A stretch of DNA of 63,875 nt, filler included, from Conidiobolus incongruus B7586 (GCA_000697335.1; 27 parts of 27 records of this genome joined end to end with filler, not necessarily neighbours in it); one strand, 5' to 3'; shown: positions 40,149-53,427, numbered from the whole stretch's first letter. Notes: generated by a model not told the origin, from the letters alone. Numbers and translations: made by a program.

Positions 40149-40856
40149 TTACCAAGGTCTTTGGTAAGTGAAAACTTCACTCTTAATCTTACAGATTGGA
40201 ACAGCTACAGCATAGCGACGGCTGTAATGGAAGAGCCCTTCAATATAATATTTCTTACCATTTTCAAGTTCAGGATAGAAGTAAACACCACCAGAATATC
40301 CAGCAGCACCATTATCAATCTTGGTGTAAGACCAATTGGGGTTGTCAGTACTCTTAACACGCAAATCCATCAAGTTGGCTGGAGTAATTTTGTTAGGGGC
40401 TACCCAGGAAACTAAACCACCTTTCCATGGTTCAGTTCCATTAATATTGGTAAATTTCCATTCACTACCACATTCTCTGAAATTATCCAAATCTACACCA
40501 TTTTCAATAGAGAAGGTCCCACTCTCTCCACTGACTGAGCCACTAGCTGGAGAATCTGAGAAAGCCGCAACCTTGATTTTGTAGTTGGCGCCATTGATAA
40601 AAGCATTGCTGGGCAAGTAAAACTCACTGTTGTCGCTAATTGAAGTGACATAATCAAAAACCCATTCAATACCTTTATCATTCTCATTGTAAAGGGACAC
40701 AGTTGCCCACTTGTACTTATCATCGAGACCTTGCTTAGTCCAAGAAACCTTGAAAGCAGATTGAGCATTCCATACATCACCGTTCTTGGGACTGGTGACG
40801 GTGACGGATTGGGAAGTGATGAGAGAGATGAAAGGGATTAAACTCAAAAACTTCAT
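40149..40856 (-). CDS. Putative secreted protein, 235 aa, with a Kre9/Knh1-N-like (Ig-like) N-terminal domain
   Basis: Intact intronless ORF with gene-like GC. Signal peptide MKFLSLIPFISLITSQ, then VTVTSPKNGDVW..S.FKVSW...Y.IKV...SG.FSI, typical of this beta-sandwich. TATA-like element ~55 nt upstream. Family call is from motif recall only. Confidence 0.8.
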   Translation of the reverse strand: MKFLSLIPFISLITSQSVTVTSPKNGDVWNAQSAFKVSWTKQGLDDKYKWATVSLYNENDKGIEWVFDYVTSISDNSEFYLPSNAFINGANYKIKVAAFSDSPASGSVSGESGTFSIENGVDLDNFRECGSEWKFTNINGTEPWKGGLVSWVAPNKITPANLMDLRVKSTDNPNWSYTKIDNGAAGYSGGVYFYPELENGKKYYIEGLFHYSRRYAVAVPICKIKSEVFTYQRPW

Positions 40857-41730
40857 TCTGATTTTATTAAATAGTGAATTGCAATGAAAATTAAGATAAA
40901 GTGATCGGGTATTTATACCAGTATAAAATTTCTCAATTAATAAAGATTATGACAACTAAATTAATATTAAAATTGCATGATATTTGTTTGTTTAACTGAT
41001 TAAGTTGTTCTTAATAAAAATTTCGATATAAATAGACTTCATTCAATGTCAACCTGAAATCACTAATGAATTATTAAATAATCAAATCTAATTCGCATTT
41101 GAAGATCAAATATTGAATTGAATTTCAGTTATTAATATATTTTATTTATTTTTTAAAGTATTATTTAAATTATCACTATTAAATTTTATTTATAGGATTC
41201 AAAAAATAAATATTTCACCACAGCCTATATAAATTATTTAAAAATAAGTTAATAAAATTTTATTTTTATAAATTTGAACTAAATAAGGTTTTGTTGATTA
41301 AATCTATTTTTAGAATGCATTTAATATAAAAGTGTGATGATTTAATGATTACATTTTCAAAGTTGATTTAAATGATAGTCACTTATTTTCAAGATCAATA
41401 TAAGTAATTAAATAAAATGTTATCAAATATTCAATAGTATGTTATATTTTAATTTTTTGGATTAATAAATTATTTTATTATTTTTTCATTTGTAATTTAT
41501 ATTATATCACTAATTTATATATTTCTTATCTGAGCTTAGAGTATATTTAATCATTATAAATTAACCGATTTTAACAATTTCAAATTGTATACAGGAATAT
41601 ATAATTAAATCAGGTGATATATTAAGATATAGATTAGAAAACATGGTAAATATGTTAAGTTTGTTTAACCAATCAACACAATGAATGCCAACATTTCTGT
41701 TTTAATTTGTTTCGATTATACATTATACAA

Positions 41731-41937
41731 TGCTGTCACGCGCTCAGAAATGCTGGCCAGGGTCAAGATGGCCAGGTTGTCCATTCCGAGAGCAGTTAGT
41801 ACGTCCTGGACAAGACGAACGAGCTGAGTCGCATAAATGACTAGCTAAGTGGCGAGCATGGTGCGTAAATTGTGGTATATGCCACTGCGCGGGGGTCGAC
41901 AGTGATTGACTGGGCTGATTTCATCTCGGCCAAGTAA
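41731..41937 (+). pseudogene. GC-rich gene fragment (C-terminal ~68 codons) with three premature stops and foreign codon usage
   Basis: One frame shows GNN first-position and high-GC3 bias: HALRNAGQGQDGQVVHSESS*YVLDKTNELSRIND*LSGEHGA*IVVYATARGSTVIDWADFISAK*. Product not recognised. Confidence 0.55.
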
Positions 41938-44720
41938 TACAAATAAAGTTAATAAATTAATTCAAATCTTTTAGTCTTTAATTATTGTTTTATTGAGATC
42001 TTAAGGTAGAGCCATGACTGGAGTACCTAGAGTCAGGTTGCTTCCACCATAAAACCTTTGTTTTTCATTTGCGATAGCTTTTATGTCCTTTTATTGGGAT
42101 CACTACCCTCACCATCGCAATCGTCCTCGTGAGTCGCACAGTTCCAGTCTCCAGGAGAGCAAGATTCCCAATGGTTCCTGTAATCTGGTTTTGACAGAGG
42201 GTTCTCATTATTTTTGCAGCGATTCAACAAGTTGCCGAGTCGATAGCCTTGGCGAATACATATCTGTGTTATTTCACAGATATGTCAACCTTATCTTTAA
42301 ATTGTCTGATTTTATAAGTGATAAAAAATTATGAATTCTCAAGGTAACTCCAAAGATAGAGCGTTGATATTTTTATCAAATTTACAGTTTTAACATTATT
42401 ATATAATTACAAATGGAAATATTTCAATTCATTGGATAAGGTAATGAACAATACAGAGTATATCTCAATTTATGAATTGATTTATCTATTTATTCTGATA
42501 AATTTCTTTCACTTCAATTCATTATATATTTTAAAAAAATAAAAATTTGATTTGAACTTACAAAAGTTTTTGACTTAAAATTTTACATTTATTTAGTTCG
42601 ATAAATTTTTTAACAAAAATTTAAATTTGAAAAATAGCTTACAACATTTAATGAGTTATAATGATATCCAAGTTCTTTTTTCATTTTATTAATATTCAGT
42701 ATTATTTGGTGTTGAGTTTAAAATCCTTGAGATTATGAAGTAGATTGATTTCAAAATGAATGAACAATATCTGAAATATTCATTAAAGTACGTTAAAATC
42801 ATAACTACAATACTGATAAATTACCCTTTAGATTTTCAATATTTCATCAAATTAATATAACTCAATCCACTATATGATATAGGTGAAAATTTATAAATGT
42901 ACTGTTAATTATCTAGTCAAAAAGAGGGAAAAGGCTTAATATTAATATTGAACACAATTTTAAATAGTAATTCATCATAAATGTCCAATTTTAGATTTTT
43001 CATTATAAAAATTATATCATTTAACTGTCGCACCTAAATTTAAATATACAATCATAATATATTAAACTTAATATAACTTCAAATTAATTATCAGTTTTAT
43101 ATGCGATGAAGTCTAGGCTAGTATCTTCATTACTATCTATAGTACTTTTATTATACGAAAGTTTATACTCAGGCTATTATATAATTAAAATTAAAACTCA
43201 AATCCCATTATCTCATGAATTTCCTTAAACTGAATATATTGAAAAATATTGATTCTTAAGATATATTTTATTTTTTACAAACACTTAGTAACATTATATA
43301 GGTAAATTCGATATTACCGTAATGAGGATATTCTACTAGTCTTTTTAAATGATGATAATCTGAAAATAATTATAAAATACAAAATTATAATTGTTTATAT
43401 GATCAATTACACTAACCAAATTATATATGATGTTTAAAAAATAACCATGCTGCAAAATATACTAAAAATCCAATATATTGACATAACATAGTTTCCTCTG
43501 CTATATAGTAATTATAATTTTATATACTAAGTAATATTTTATTACTAATTCCATTTTCAGATTTTAATACCAATTATAATTAATCTCGTTGAGCTATGAT
43601 ATAGTATTATTTGGTTCATAACATATTTAGACTCAAAAAAATAATAATTTGAATACAATTTATTTTTACAGAGACGATATAAATATGATTAGAATCAAGT
43701 TTATAAATATTTAAACTCAAGGTTTAGAAACAACCTTGCTTTTTGAAAAAATTTAAGTCAATACCAATTTATAATTTTCCGCATTTTATTATATTTGCTT
43801 AATTGAATTTTTTATAATTGAAATAATGATTAGGAAATAAAAAACTTTTCAATTATATGAAAATGTTAATGATAAGTGATTCATGGTAAAATATTGCAAC
43901 TACCCTGATCCTTAAATCGATTAAAAATATAGCACTAATAATTATCGATTTGTTCAACAGATTCTAAAGTATCATTAAATTATATACAATTTTGTTGTGA
44001 ATATCTGCCTAATTAAAGAATACTTTCAATAAATTTAGAAATTTTTTTGAATATATTGGTATTGTTGTACAAAGTTGAAAGTATTGGTTTCAACTTTGAT
44101 TTGATATATTAAATTTGTGATTTGAGTATCATATCAATCTGCTACAAGCAACAACTAGTTGTGAAAATTTTGAAAAATATATATTATTACACATTATCCA
44201 TTTTTTTGAGTTAAAATAGTCTATATAAAACGATTATAATGAATAATTGATTTTATCATTTTATCATTTTATCAATCGAGGTCAATATATGCACTTATGA
44301 TAACCTTTATATCTACAACTTAATAGCAACTATATGTTATTTGCTTAAGATTTGGATTGTTTCATATATTGTATTTAGCGATTGTAACCAATAGCATCAG
44401 CTACCTTGGTAATTCTCAATTTTGGAATTTTCTTAATGGTAATCAAAACTTGCAACATTATGATATAAACTTGTACAATCACTTCAAATTTGATCATTGA
44501 CATCAGATGACCATTTTATAATATTTTACATCAAAGGATTGCTGATGGTTATTAGTATTACAATATTGCTCATTACTTTATTTTGATTCAAAATGTAACC
44601 ACTTGATATACTCTGTTGGTCTTAGTGTCATTTATACTAATGATATTTAAATACTGGCTATTTCCATTAAAATTTCTTCTCAGAATATCGACTAGAATAC
44701 CAAATATGATTAATTCAGCA

Positions 44721-45632
44721 ATGAAATATTTTGCTTGTGAATTCATTTTAATAAAATTTCAGCAAACTTGGAAGAAATTTTATCCGATGATGGGTTTGAT
44801 ACAATGACCCACTCCCTTTACGCTCCATTTACTAGATCTTACGACTAGGCCATTTTGAATATGGAGGAGATACCATAATTGATAATAACCACCATATTCG
44901 TCTTACTCCTGATCGCTCCAATGCTACAGGATACCTTTAGTCGAATAATCATTTACCTGAAGATAACTGGCAAGTCAAGTTTGAATTCAAAGTTTATGGA
45001 AAAGACAAATATACTAGCGGTGACGGATTCGCATCTTAGGCTACTGAATCTAGTTTGGAACAGGGTACAGTCTTTGGAAATCAGCATTTATTCAAAGGTT
45101 AAGGAGTGTTCTTCGACTCTTATGACAAATATGGCTCAATTAACAAAATATCTCAATATATTTATGGTGTAACTAGACATGGAAATATTTTTTATGATAT
45201 TCATAATACTAATTCAGATTAAATCTTGGTGGTTGTTATATACATCCCAACTCTAACTCTGAATTATCAACATTAAAAGCCAGAGTCACATATGTTAGAG
45301 ATTATGCTCTAGAAGTTTCACTCAAAATGTCACCTGAACACGAATGGACCAATCGCCTGGCTGTAGAAAAACTGACACTCACAAAGAATTTATTCATAGA
45401 ATTTACTGCTCAAATTGGTGAATTTCAAGATAAGCAAGACATAATTTTAGTCAGTTCAAGAACATCTAAAACTGTTAATTGTTTCAAATTATATATCCCC
45501 AAGCTAATCGAGCTACATAATTCATATCCTGTTGCCTCCAAAACTTTCTACATACATTTTATTACTTTATTCCTTTGGGTTGTAAATAAGAGAATTCAAA
45601 ATCAAAAAGATTTAGCCAAGAAGAGATTTTGA
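44721..45632 (+). pseudogene. L-type (legume-like) lectin, VIP36/ERGIC-53/Emp47 family, pseudogene
   Basis: THSLYAPF / FEYGGDTIIDNNHHIRLTPDRSNATGYL*S...NWQVKFEFKVYG...GDGFAS*ATE...GTVFGNQHLFKG*GVFFDSYD, later FTAQIGEFQDKQDII, a TM segment and a ...KKRF tail. Contains frameshifts and in-frame stops. Confidence 0.9.
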
Positions 45633-47977
45633 ATAATATATATTTCATACTATTGAATAGAAAAACTTATTAAACTTTCAGCATAATAAAGTTAATAATT
45701 TTATTTATTTTATTATCACGAATTAATATAAATACTAATAATATCATAAATTCAGACATTAAAAGAAGAATTATAAAAAATAATTTAAAATTTCATTATA
45801 TTAAGGATGGAATTTAACAAATTCAACCTTTATATTGAATGGTTGTTAATTTTTAATGAATAATCATTAAAGTTAAAAAAATAAAAACATTTATATTGAA
45901 ATATACTTCTGTTTCTAATAACTATTTCTATTTAATAATAATATTTTCATTACAATAATTAATTTATTGCCAAATATTTCCCATTATTATCATTTGTTAA
46001 TACTCTGCAATAAGACTTAATTCGGTATAACAAATTAATTAATATTTTGGTTAAATGTTACTTAGAAAAGAAAAATTGGCAAATCATTTAATTGATGATT
46101 TTTCAAGCATATTATTAGCTTTCAAAATTCATTATATATCTGATAATTAAGAGTTTAAATAGTTTTAAACTTTATATAATATTTTCTTATTAATAAATCC
46201 TAATAATTATAGAATAATTAATCATAAAATATATCTAAAAATTTAAATTTAGGTTATTTATTTTAAAATCCTTTTTAATATTTATAAAAATATAAAACAC
46301 TTATAAATAATATAAAATATAATATTTATAAGAAAANNNNNNNNNNNNNNNNNNNNNNNNNNNNNNNNNNNNNNNNNNNNTTAATTAATTAANNNNNNNN
46401 NNNNNNNNNNNNNNNNNNNNNNNNNNNNNNNNNNNNTTTTAATATTATATTTATTATTTATATTAATTATACTATAAAAAATAAGTATTTGATTTGAAAT
46501 ACTAATAATTAAAAAATTTATAATATCAGATTTTATTAATAAATAATTTTTAGAAATAATTATAAAGTTTAACTTTAATTATTATTTATAATAATTTTTA
46601 TTTTATAAACTCCATAAATATATTTATAATCAATCAAATAGACTTGAAATCATAATATAATTTTAATAGAAAATTTCCAATAGCCAATATAATTAAATAT
46701 CTTTGTTATAAAATATTGGAGAGTTTGAGTAATATTATTTGGATATAAAACCTATATGATTGAATTATATTGAATTAGATGTTACAAATGAAACTTAAAT
46801 TAAATACTCATAAGTGATTTTTGAATTTAATTGAATAATTGATCAATATACAATTAAGATTAATATTCTATTCTTATGTATTTTTTGTAATATCAAATGT
46901 TATTCGCAAACATATATGAAACTTTGATATTGAACTAATAATTTCAAGTAATGAATAAATATTTAAAATATGTTTATACAAAGTATAATGTTTTTTGCAG
47001 TTGAAATATATAAGTTGAATTGTGCTAATTTCCTAATAATAGCTAAATATATCTGTTTTTATATAACGAAAGTCATATGATATTTATAGATGAATCGAAG
47101 CGTAATGTATTGGATAAAACATGGTCTTTCCAGTCGAGAATTGAAGATTAGTTCTTCTAAGTAAATCTAATCCATTATACTATATGAATATTTTACATAA
47201 TTATACTTTTCATATATATCATTTTATAAGGAAGTATTATTAATATTTTGAAATGAATTTATTTATACTAGTCCGACCGCAAAAAATTGACCATTTTTAC
47301 AATTTATAATCAAAATAAATGAACTGTTAAATTATTAATAGAGTGTGAATTTGATTTCTGATTTCAAAATCTGATGTGAAATCTAATACTATAAAAAATA
47401 ATTCCCATATTTTACATAAAACCAAATCTAATTACCATTCTACAACATTTATATATTTTATATATCTAAAAATTATCAGTTATATTTTTAGATAGATGTA
47501 TTTAAGGGATATCATCCTACTTCAAAATGATCAAACTTTATGGTAGGAATAGTAATTTGATTTTTATTTATTCTGATTGACAACTTACTGTATCAATAAC
47601 ACTAAAAATGGTATTAAATATTGTGTTATATAAAATGTTAGTCTGTTTGAGAATTTGATTAGGTATGTAAATAATTTGATTTATTTACTTGACACAATTT
47701 GATAATATTATTAATAGATTTAATATATATCAATAAATTAATTAAATACAGCAATTTTTTCAATTTTCAAACTCAACTACCAAGATAGTATAAATTTTCC
47801 AAAAATGTATATTAAAGTTGTGCAATGAAAGTTGTTCAATATCGATAAGTTAAACGGAGTATACGTAGTTTTCATTGCTCGCCACTGATATAATTCTTAT
47901 ACAAATCCTAATATCAAAATTTCAAAATAGTAATTTATTTTTTTTCATTTGCAATTAATCTTTGCTTGCATATTGTA

Positions 47978-49049
47978 TTAATTATTCAACTTTATAAACA
48001 AGTCAAAAAATTTAAACTGGGAATTAATGGCGAGTGTAACGAGTAAGAAAACGATCGTCTTATTTCTCAAATAACAGTTTTCTTCATTTTTTAATAAATT
48101 TTTGTTTCTATCTATTTTAATGGATAATTGTAAAAATAATCCACCCATAGATCTAGCTTCATTATCAAAATAATGAAAGATTGATGATATAATAACCACT
48201 TTATAAATCCTAGATACTTCATCATCTTTATCATATTCCATACTAATTAATACTATTTAATCTATTTATTTGGTTAAATTCTGATGAAAATTTTCTCAAA
48301 AAATTCAAGTTTAACATTCTATCAATCTTATAATTGATTAGATATTATTTAATGGTCACAATAATACATACCATCTTGAAGAAATCCTTATCATATCTTT
48401 CGATTTGGGTAAAAAATTTGAATTAATTTTCCGTTTTGAACAATATTGCCTATATTCTCTATCTCAACTTTTGTATATATAGTCACATGATAAATTTTTA
48501 AAGTTAATAAGGAATCGTATAATACGAAAATTGATGCTGTAGATATTAGATAGAAATTAATGAATTTATCCACAGATAAAACAGAAGTATCTAAATATTA
48601 AATGTATATCAGTTGATTATAATTTTATAGATGTTATCAGTTACATTTGTTTACTTTATGATATTAAATATTAATTGAATATATTTTGAAATTTTTTCCT
48701 GATGTGTCGAATAATTAATATGGTTGCCTAAATAGTAACTCGCCCGACCAAGTTCATCTCCCAGCATATCGCCTTATGGAAATACAATCCTGGAATACCT
48801 GTCACACCACTTCGAGATCTCATTTTTCTCAAGATCTAATAATTTCTTTATACTTCCTGAGGCAAACGAATGGTCTATAAAAAACAATTGCCGGGATACG
48901 TTTTCTTTATCACTTCCAGTCTTCTGTGAAGTCCACTAAGCTCTTAACAAATCCTAATAAAAATACCTTAACACAAACTACTAAAAAAACTATGAGCAAG
49001 TCGCTTCCTTCCCTATTATCAACCTTCTACTAGCAATTGGTAGAACCAT
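47978..49049 (-). pseudogene. Probable decayed gene of unknown family
   Basis: Raised GC. A minus-strand frame from ATG at ~49049 (MVLPIASRRLIIGKEATCS*...) stays protein-like through several stops and leads into ORF fragments 48573-48391 and 48241-47978. Confidence 0.35.
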
Positions 49050-52000
49050 TATGATAAATTGAGGAATTTTTAATATTTATCTAAAAGAATTTTCAGTTTT
49101 TTTTGGTTCCGAGTGTTTGAAAATTAAATATATAAAATGTAAATATGATAATATAAAATCATGAACTATTAAAATATCATACTTTAAAAATGAATTCATT
49201 TTCTTTCAACAAATGACCAAAACTTTATCCTATGATTAGAATAATTATATATAATTAATTGATAAATATTGAATTAATTATGATTAATTCAGGGGTTTGA
49301 CTATTTAAATTCGAATAGAATAGGACTTGATTAATTGATTTATGTTAATAATTAATGTGATACTAAAGTGCTTTTTTATAAAAATATGATTTTTAAATTT
49401 ATAAATCATTTCAAGTTTTTAATATGAATCTAATATTAGATTGATAAGTGTTAAAATATTAATTTTCTATTTTAAAAAAAAATTTAAAACAAAAATTCAA
49501 AAATTGATTAATTGAGATTTTAATAATATAATATTTAAATTAATAATACTAATACTATCTAGATAAATGAAAACAATAATATAATTAAATCAAATTAATC
49601 ATATTTTGAAAAAAATTTTGCAATTTTAATTGATGATTGAATGATAATTTTAACTTAAGTGAATCAAATGATGTTTATGTTAAGTTTATATTTAATAATT
49701 AGTAACACATTTATTACTGGTTTTTCAAATAAGGATTGGGTAATTTGCGATGCATAATTTTGATCAATCAGGAAGAATTATAACAACCACCAGAATTAAA
49801 AAATTATATAATAATAAATCAATACAAAGTTGATATTTTTTAAAAATAACCAAATTAAAAAAGTTATTAAGTAAAATAGCTATGATTTAAATAATATTGC
49901 AAAATTAAAAAAATTTTAAATAAAGCAATATTTCTTTATATTTTAACCTGTGAAAAATCTTTTAGCCTAGAATTAAAACACAATATTGATCAAACTATTC
50001 ATTATATAACTTTTCTAAATATGATAATATACGATTATTTTAAAAAATAAATGTTAAAAAGATATAATTATTTGGTGTGTCATGGTTTTTCAATATTATA
50101 TAAAATATTTTACTTTAACTGTAGATTATCTAATATACAAACATGTAAAATATATATATAATTTATCACAAAAAGGAGCATTTGAGTTGATACCAGCTTT
50201 ATAATTTAATAATACTATAATTAAAGAAAAGAGCGGGATCCACATTGTAAAATGCATTCATATTCTACATTGCTGACATATTCGGTAATTATCAATAAAT
50301 ACACATAATATTTCATGAAAGTTATATCTAAATTCTAACATATCCATTTGTTCTTTTATAGTTGGATGTATTTAGTACTCACCCTTAAACACATAGAGAT
50401 TAAATTATATTATTCTCAACTAAAATACATATCTCAAATTGTTGAAATATTGGTAACTGCAAAGTCAAGATCAAATTAAAATTATGTTGATGGTTTAATA
50501 GAGGATATATATATTTAAATCATAGAACTAAATTATGTAATATAATATTTCTGATCAATCTACTAAGCTTTTTAAATACTTGTATATAGTCAAAATATCC
50601 GAAGTACCAATGAAAAGAAAATTCACCATTAAAAACTGTTTGTATAAAGATTTAATTCAAATTGAATATGATCATTTGATACATATGATCAATTAAAAAA
50701 TATGAGGACAAAATTTCAAAATATTATTTTCCAGTCATTAACTTGCTTTTCGAAATTTATATGATTTATTGTTAAGTATTTAAGATTAGGAAATGGAATA
50801 CATTGAAAAAAAAGATTACTCTTTAAAAATTTAAAATTTACATATGAAATTTGGTACCATATATAAATAAAATTATTAGTTTTATAAAATGCTAATTTTT
50901 TGTTCTTATAAATTTCTCATGGATTAAAATTGAATTCATGCTATGATATAATGATGAAATAATATTTTTTTTATATTCTCATTCGAATTAAATTAAATAT
51001 AACCTAAATTATTCATTTAAAAAATCAATAAATTTTTTTCCTCATTAATAATTAATTTTTAAATAAAAATATTGTAAAATAATATTGGTATAATCTATTT
51101 TACCCTTTAAAAAGAATATTATGAAAATTTAATAGCTTGAAAAAGTTAAACTTTACTCTAATCCTAATTAAAATGGCTAAAAATTCGAATTGAGGATATA
51201 ATATGCACTCTAAACTTATAAAAATTGTTCAATTTTCTCATTAAATTATTTTTATTCACAAAAACTGACAAATTAATTTATCAAAATCTAACAGGTGTTG
51301 ATCCATTTTTCAACGGTTGATTTATGTCATAAATGCTATTAATATAGAAGTTAATTTCGCTTTCTATTGGTTCTTGTAATTTATTTATTTGTCAAAAGAT
51401 TCTTTTTTTTATATAAATTTAATATTATTATTTAAAAATTAAAATTCTTTTATTTTTAATTATATTTAATATTTGAAATATTAAAAATTTATTAATCTCA
51501 TTAATAGTCATTCACTTCACTTATTTTTATTAATATCTGTTTTATATTATCAATGTTTTACAAGCACCTCTTTTTTATTATTATCTGCAGATAAATGGTA
51601 AAATAATTGGAAAAATAGAAAAAAAAGCTGAAATCTCAATATCAGATTGGTTCTTTAATTTTGACAGGGTCTAGTCCGAAATATTTCCCAACTGTTGTTA
51701 GAAATTTGATTCATATCCAATAATAACGTTGTACCAGATTTATTTTTAACAGCATTTGGCTGATTTCAAGTAACCAAAGATCATTGAAGGCTAAATAAAA
51801 AGTGAATAAACCTGAAAAACTTTAATACAAATACTGGTGTATGCCAAATCAGCTATTTCAGCGATAATATTTTCACCAAGAGTGTATGGCTAAATTGTTA
51901 TGCTTTTATCAAACAGTTGAATTTTAATTAATTTCAAGTTTGTTTCAAATTTAAATAGAATGAAAAATGATCAAATTTGCATCGGTTTATAGCACCAATT

Positions 52001-52182
52001 AAAATTCAACCTGCTTATTTTATCCCCTTGGCCTCTTTATTCCACTCCACTTCGTATTTAACCTATTTGATCTCCTTTGTGAGATAAAGGTATTTAATGA
52101 GGCCTTTGAACACATTTATATCAACTCCAGATTTGTTTTCATTTGTTTTGTTTTTACTTTTTAAATATTGATCCATTTCAAC

Positions 52183-53427
52183 ATGTCAGATACTCAAGCA
52201 ATGGATCAAGAAACTGTCAACCAGATATGGGATAGAGTGTACAAATCAACGCTATATGTTATGAATTCTATTTCTATTGGTGTTGGTTTGTGTGTATTAT
52301 TCGTTATTTTCCTTATTTACATGTTTGGTAAAAAGGCCCAGAGAAGGGCAACTTTTCATTTAGTAATTGGAATTGCTTTGATGGATGTAATATTTGCAAT
52401 TTCTCATATTACGATATCAAGCCTTGATGCAGACTATCAATGCTACATTTCTGGATTTTTATTTATATTCTCTATTTTATGCTCTCTATTCCTCAATATG
52501 TCTATCGCACTAAACCTTCAATTGCTATTATTATTCCATAGAGACTTACCAAAGAGGATAGAAGTGCTATATTACATAGCTTCAGTTCTTGCAGCCGCTT
52601 TAATAACTAGCATTCCAATGTTAGCTGGAGCTTTTGGTTATGACACAGTTGAAAATTCATGCTGGTTTTTCCAAGAATCTAGTTTGCAATCTATTATTTG
52701 GCAAATTTCTGTCATGTATGGATGGATATTATTTGGAGTATTATACTGTACAGGTGTAATCGTTACAATCTTATGCAAATTGATCAGTAATCGACATGAA
52801 TTAAATAAATTCAGAGTGAGCGTTAGAGAAAGCTCTGCCCAGTTGGCAGAAAGGAAAAAGAATGAAAAAATCATTCATCGAACTGTTATTAGAGTATTGC
52901 TATATCCCATGGTTCCTTGTTTGACGCTCTCTATGTCCTTTATTTCAACACTTTACTTTTACATTAATAAAGATGTAAGTAAAGTGTTGTGGTTTTTAGG
53001 GATGGTTACCTTATCGTGCAGAGGAATTATTACTGGAATTGTATTCTGTTTTGACCCTGTAGTGAGTAATGCTTGGAAATCCACCAAAATGACCCTGATA
53101 AAATCCTACTATCCCACCTTATTCCATCCCGAATTACTATCCGGTAGATCCCAGTTATCAATCGATTTGATGGATGGGAATGCATCAAAATTACCAACTC
53201 GAATCCAGTGGATTGATGCTATCCTATCCAGAGGAATTTATTATTTATTATTGAACAAATCTCAGAGGAGCTATTTAAAGTATCAGAGTTGTACGAAAAA
53301 TCGACTCAGTGAACAATCTGAAAGTTATTTATCAATGGGTGCTGCTATTACTGTTGATAATCAACATCATCGTCAAAGCAATAGCTCATCTTCCAATTCT
53401 AGTATTACGTTTTTAAAATCTCTGTAA
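52183..53427 (+). CDS. 7-TM G-protein-coupled receptor, cAMP-receptor-like/Git3-like class (~414 aa from the ATG at 52183)
   Basis: Seven hydrophobic segments, a Cys atop TM3 (CYISGFLFIFS), ALNLQL, ECL2 GAFGYD...SCWF, RVLLYPMV in TM6 and a Ser-rich tail; intact intronless ORF. Confidence 0.88.
   Translation: MSDTQAMDQETVNQIWDRVYKSTLYVMNSISIGVGLCVLFVIFLIYMFGKKAQRRATFHLVIGIALMDVIFAISHITISSLDADYQCYISGFLFIFSILCSLFLNMSIALNLQLLLLFHRDLPKRIEVLYYIASVLAAALITSIPMLAGAFGYDTVENSCWFFQESSLQSIIWQISVMYGWILFGVLYCTGVIVTILCKLISNRHELNKFRVSVRESSAQLAERKKNEKIIHRTVIRVLLYPMVPCLTLSMSFISTLYFYINKDVSKVLWFLGMVTLSCRGIITGIVFCFDPVVSNAWKSTKMTLIKSYYPTLFHPELLSGRSQLSIDLMDGNASKLPTRIQWIDAILSRGIYYLLLNKSQRSYLKYQSCTKNRLSEQSESYLSMGAAITVDNQHHRQSNSSSSNSSITFLKSL

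Noticed and set aside
40137..40780. ORFs 40137-40415, 40336-40584 and 40493-40780
   Set aside because: Shadow frames overlapping the real 235-aa secreted protein gene.
41731..41937. Alternative genetic code (TAA/TAG = Gln) explaining the in-frame stops here and in the transposases
   Set aside because: Intact genes end in TAA and use CAA/CAG for Gln. Stops also replace Trp, and His, Asp and Pro codons are altered in the same direction, so this is mutation rather than recoding.
42083..42334. 83-aa plus-strand ORF as a gene
   Set aside because: No recognisable motif; it runs from the GC patch into AT-rich DNA, and the minus frame looks at least as plausible.
44616..45172. ORFs 44616-44807 and 44879-45172 as separate genes
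   Set aside because: Largely off-frame readings of the lectin pseudogene; the homologous frame is a different one containing stops.
47266..47400. Possible transposon or MITE end (tactagtccgaccgcaaaaaattgacc)
   Set aside because: No matching inverted partner or second copy found in the window.
48700..48950. RNase P/MRP, U2 or other structured RNA
   Set aside because: No conserved boxes found by eye; better explained as a decayed minus-strand coding region.
52638..52874. 78-aa minus-strand ORF
   Set aside because: Antisense shadow of the GPCR.
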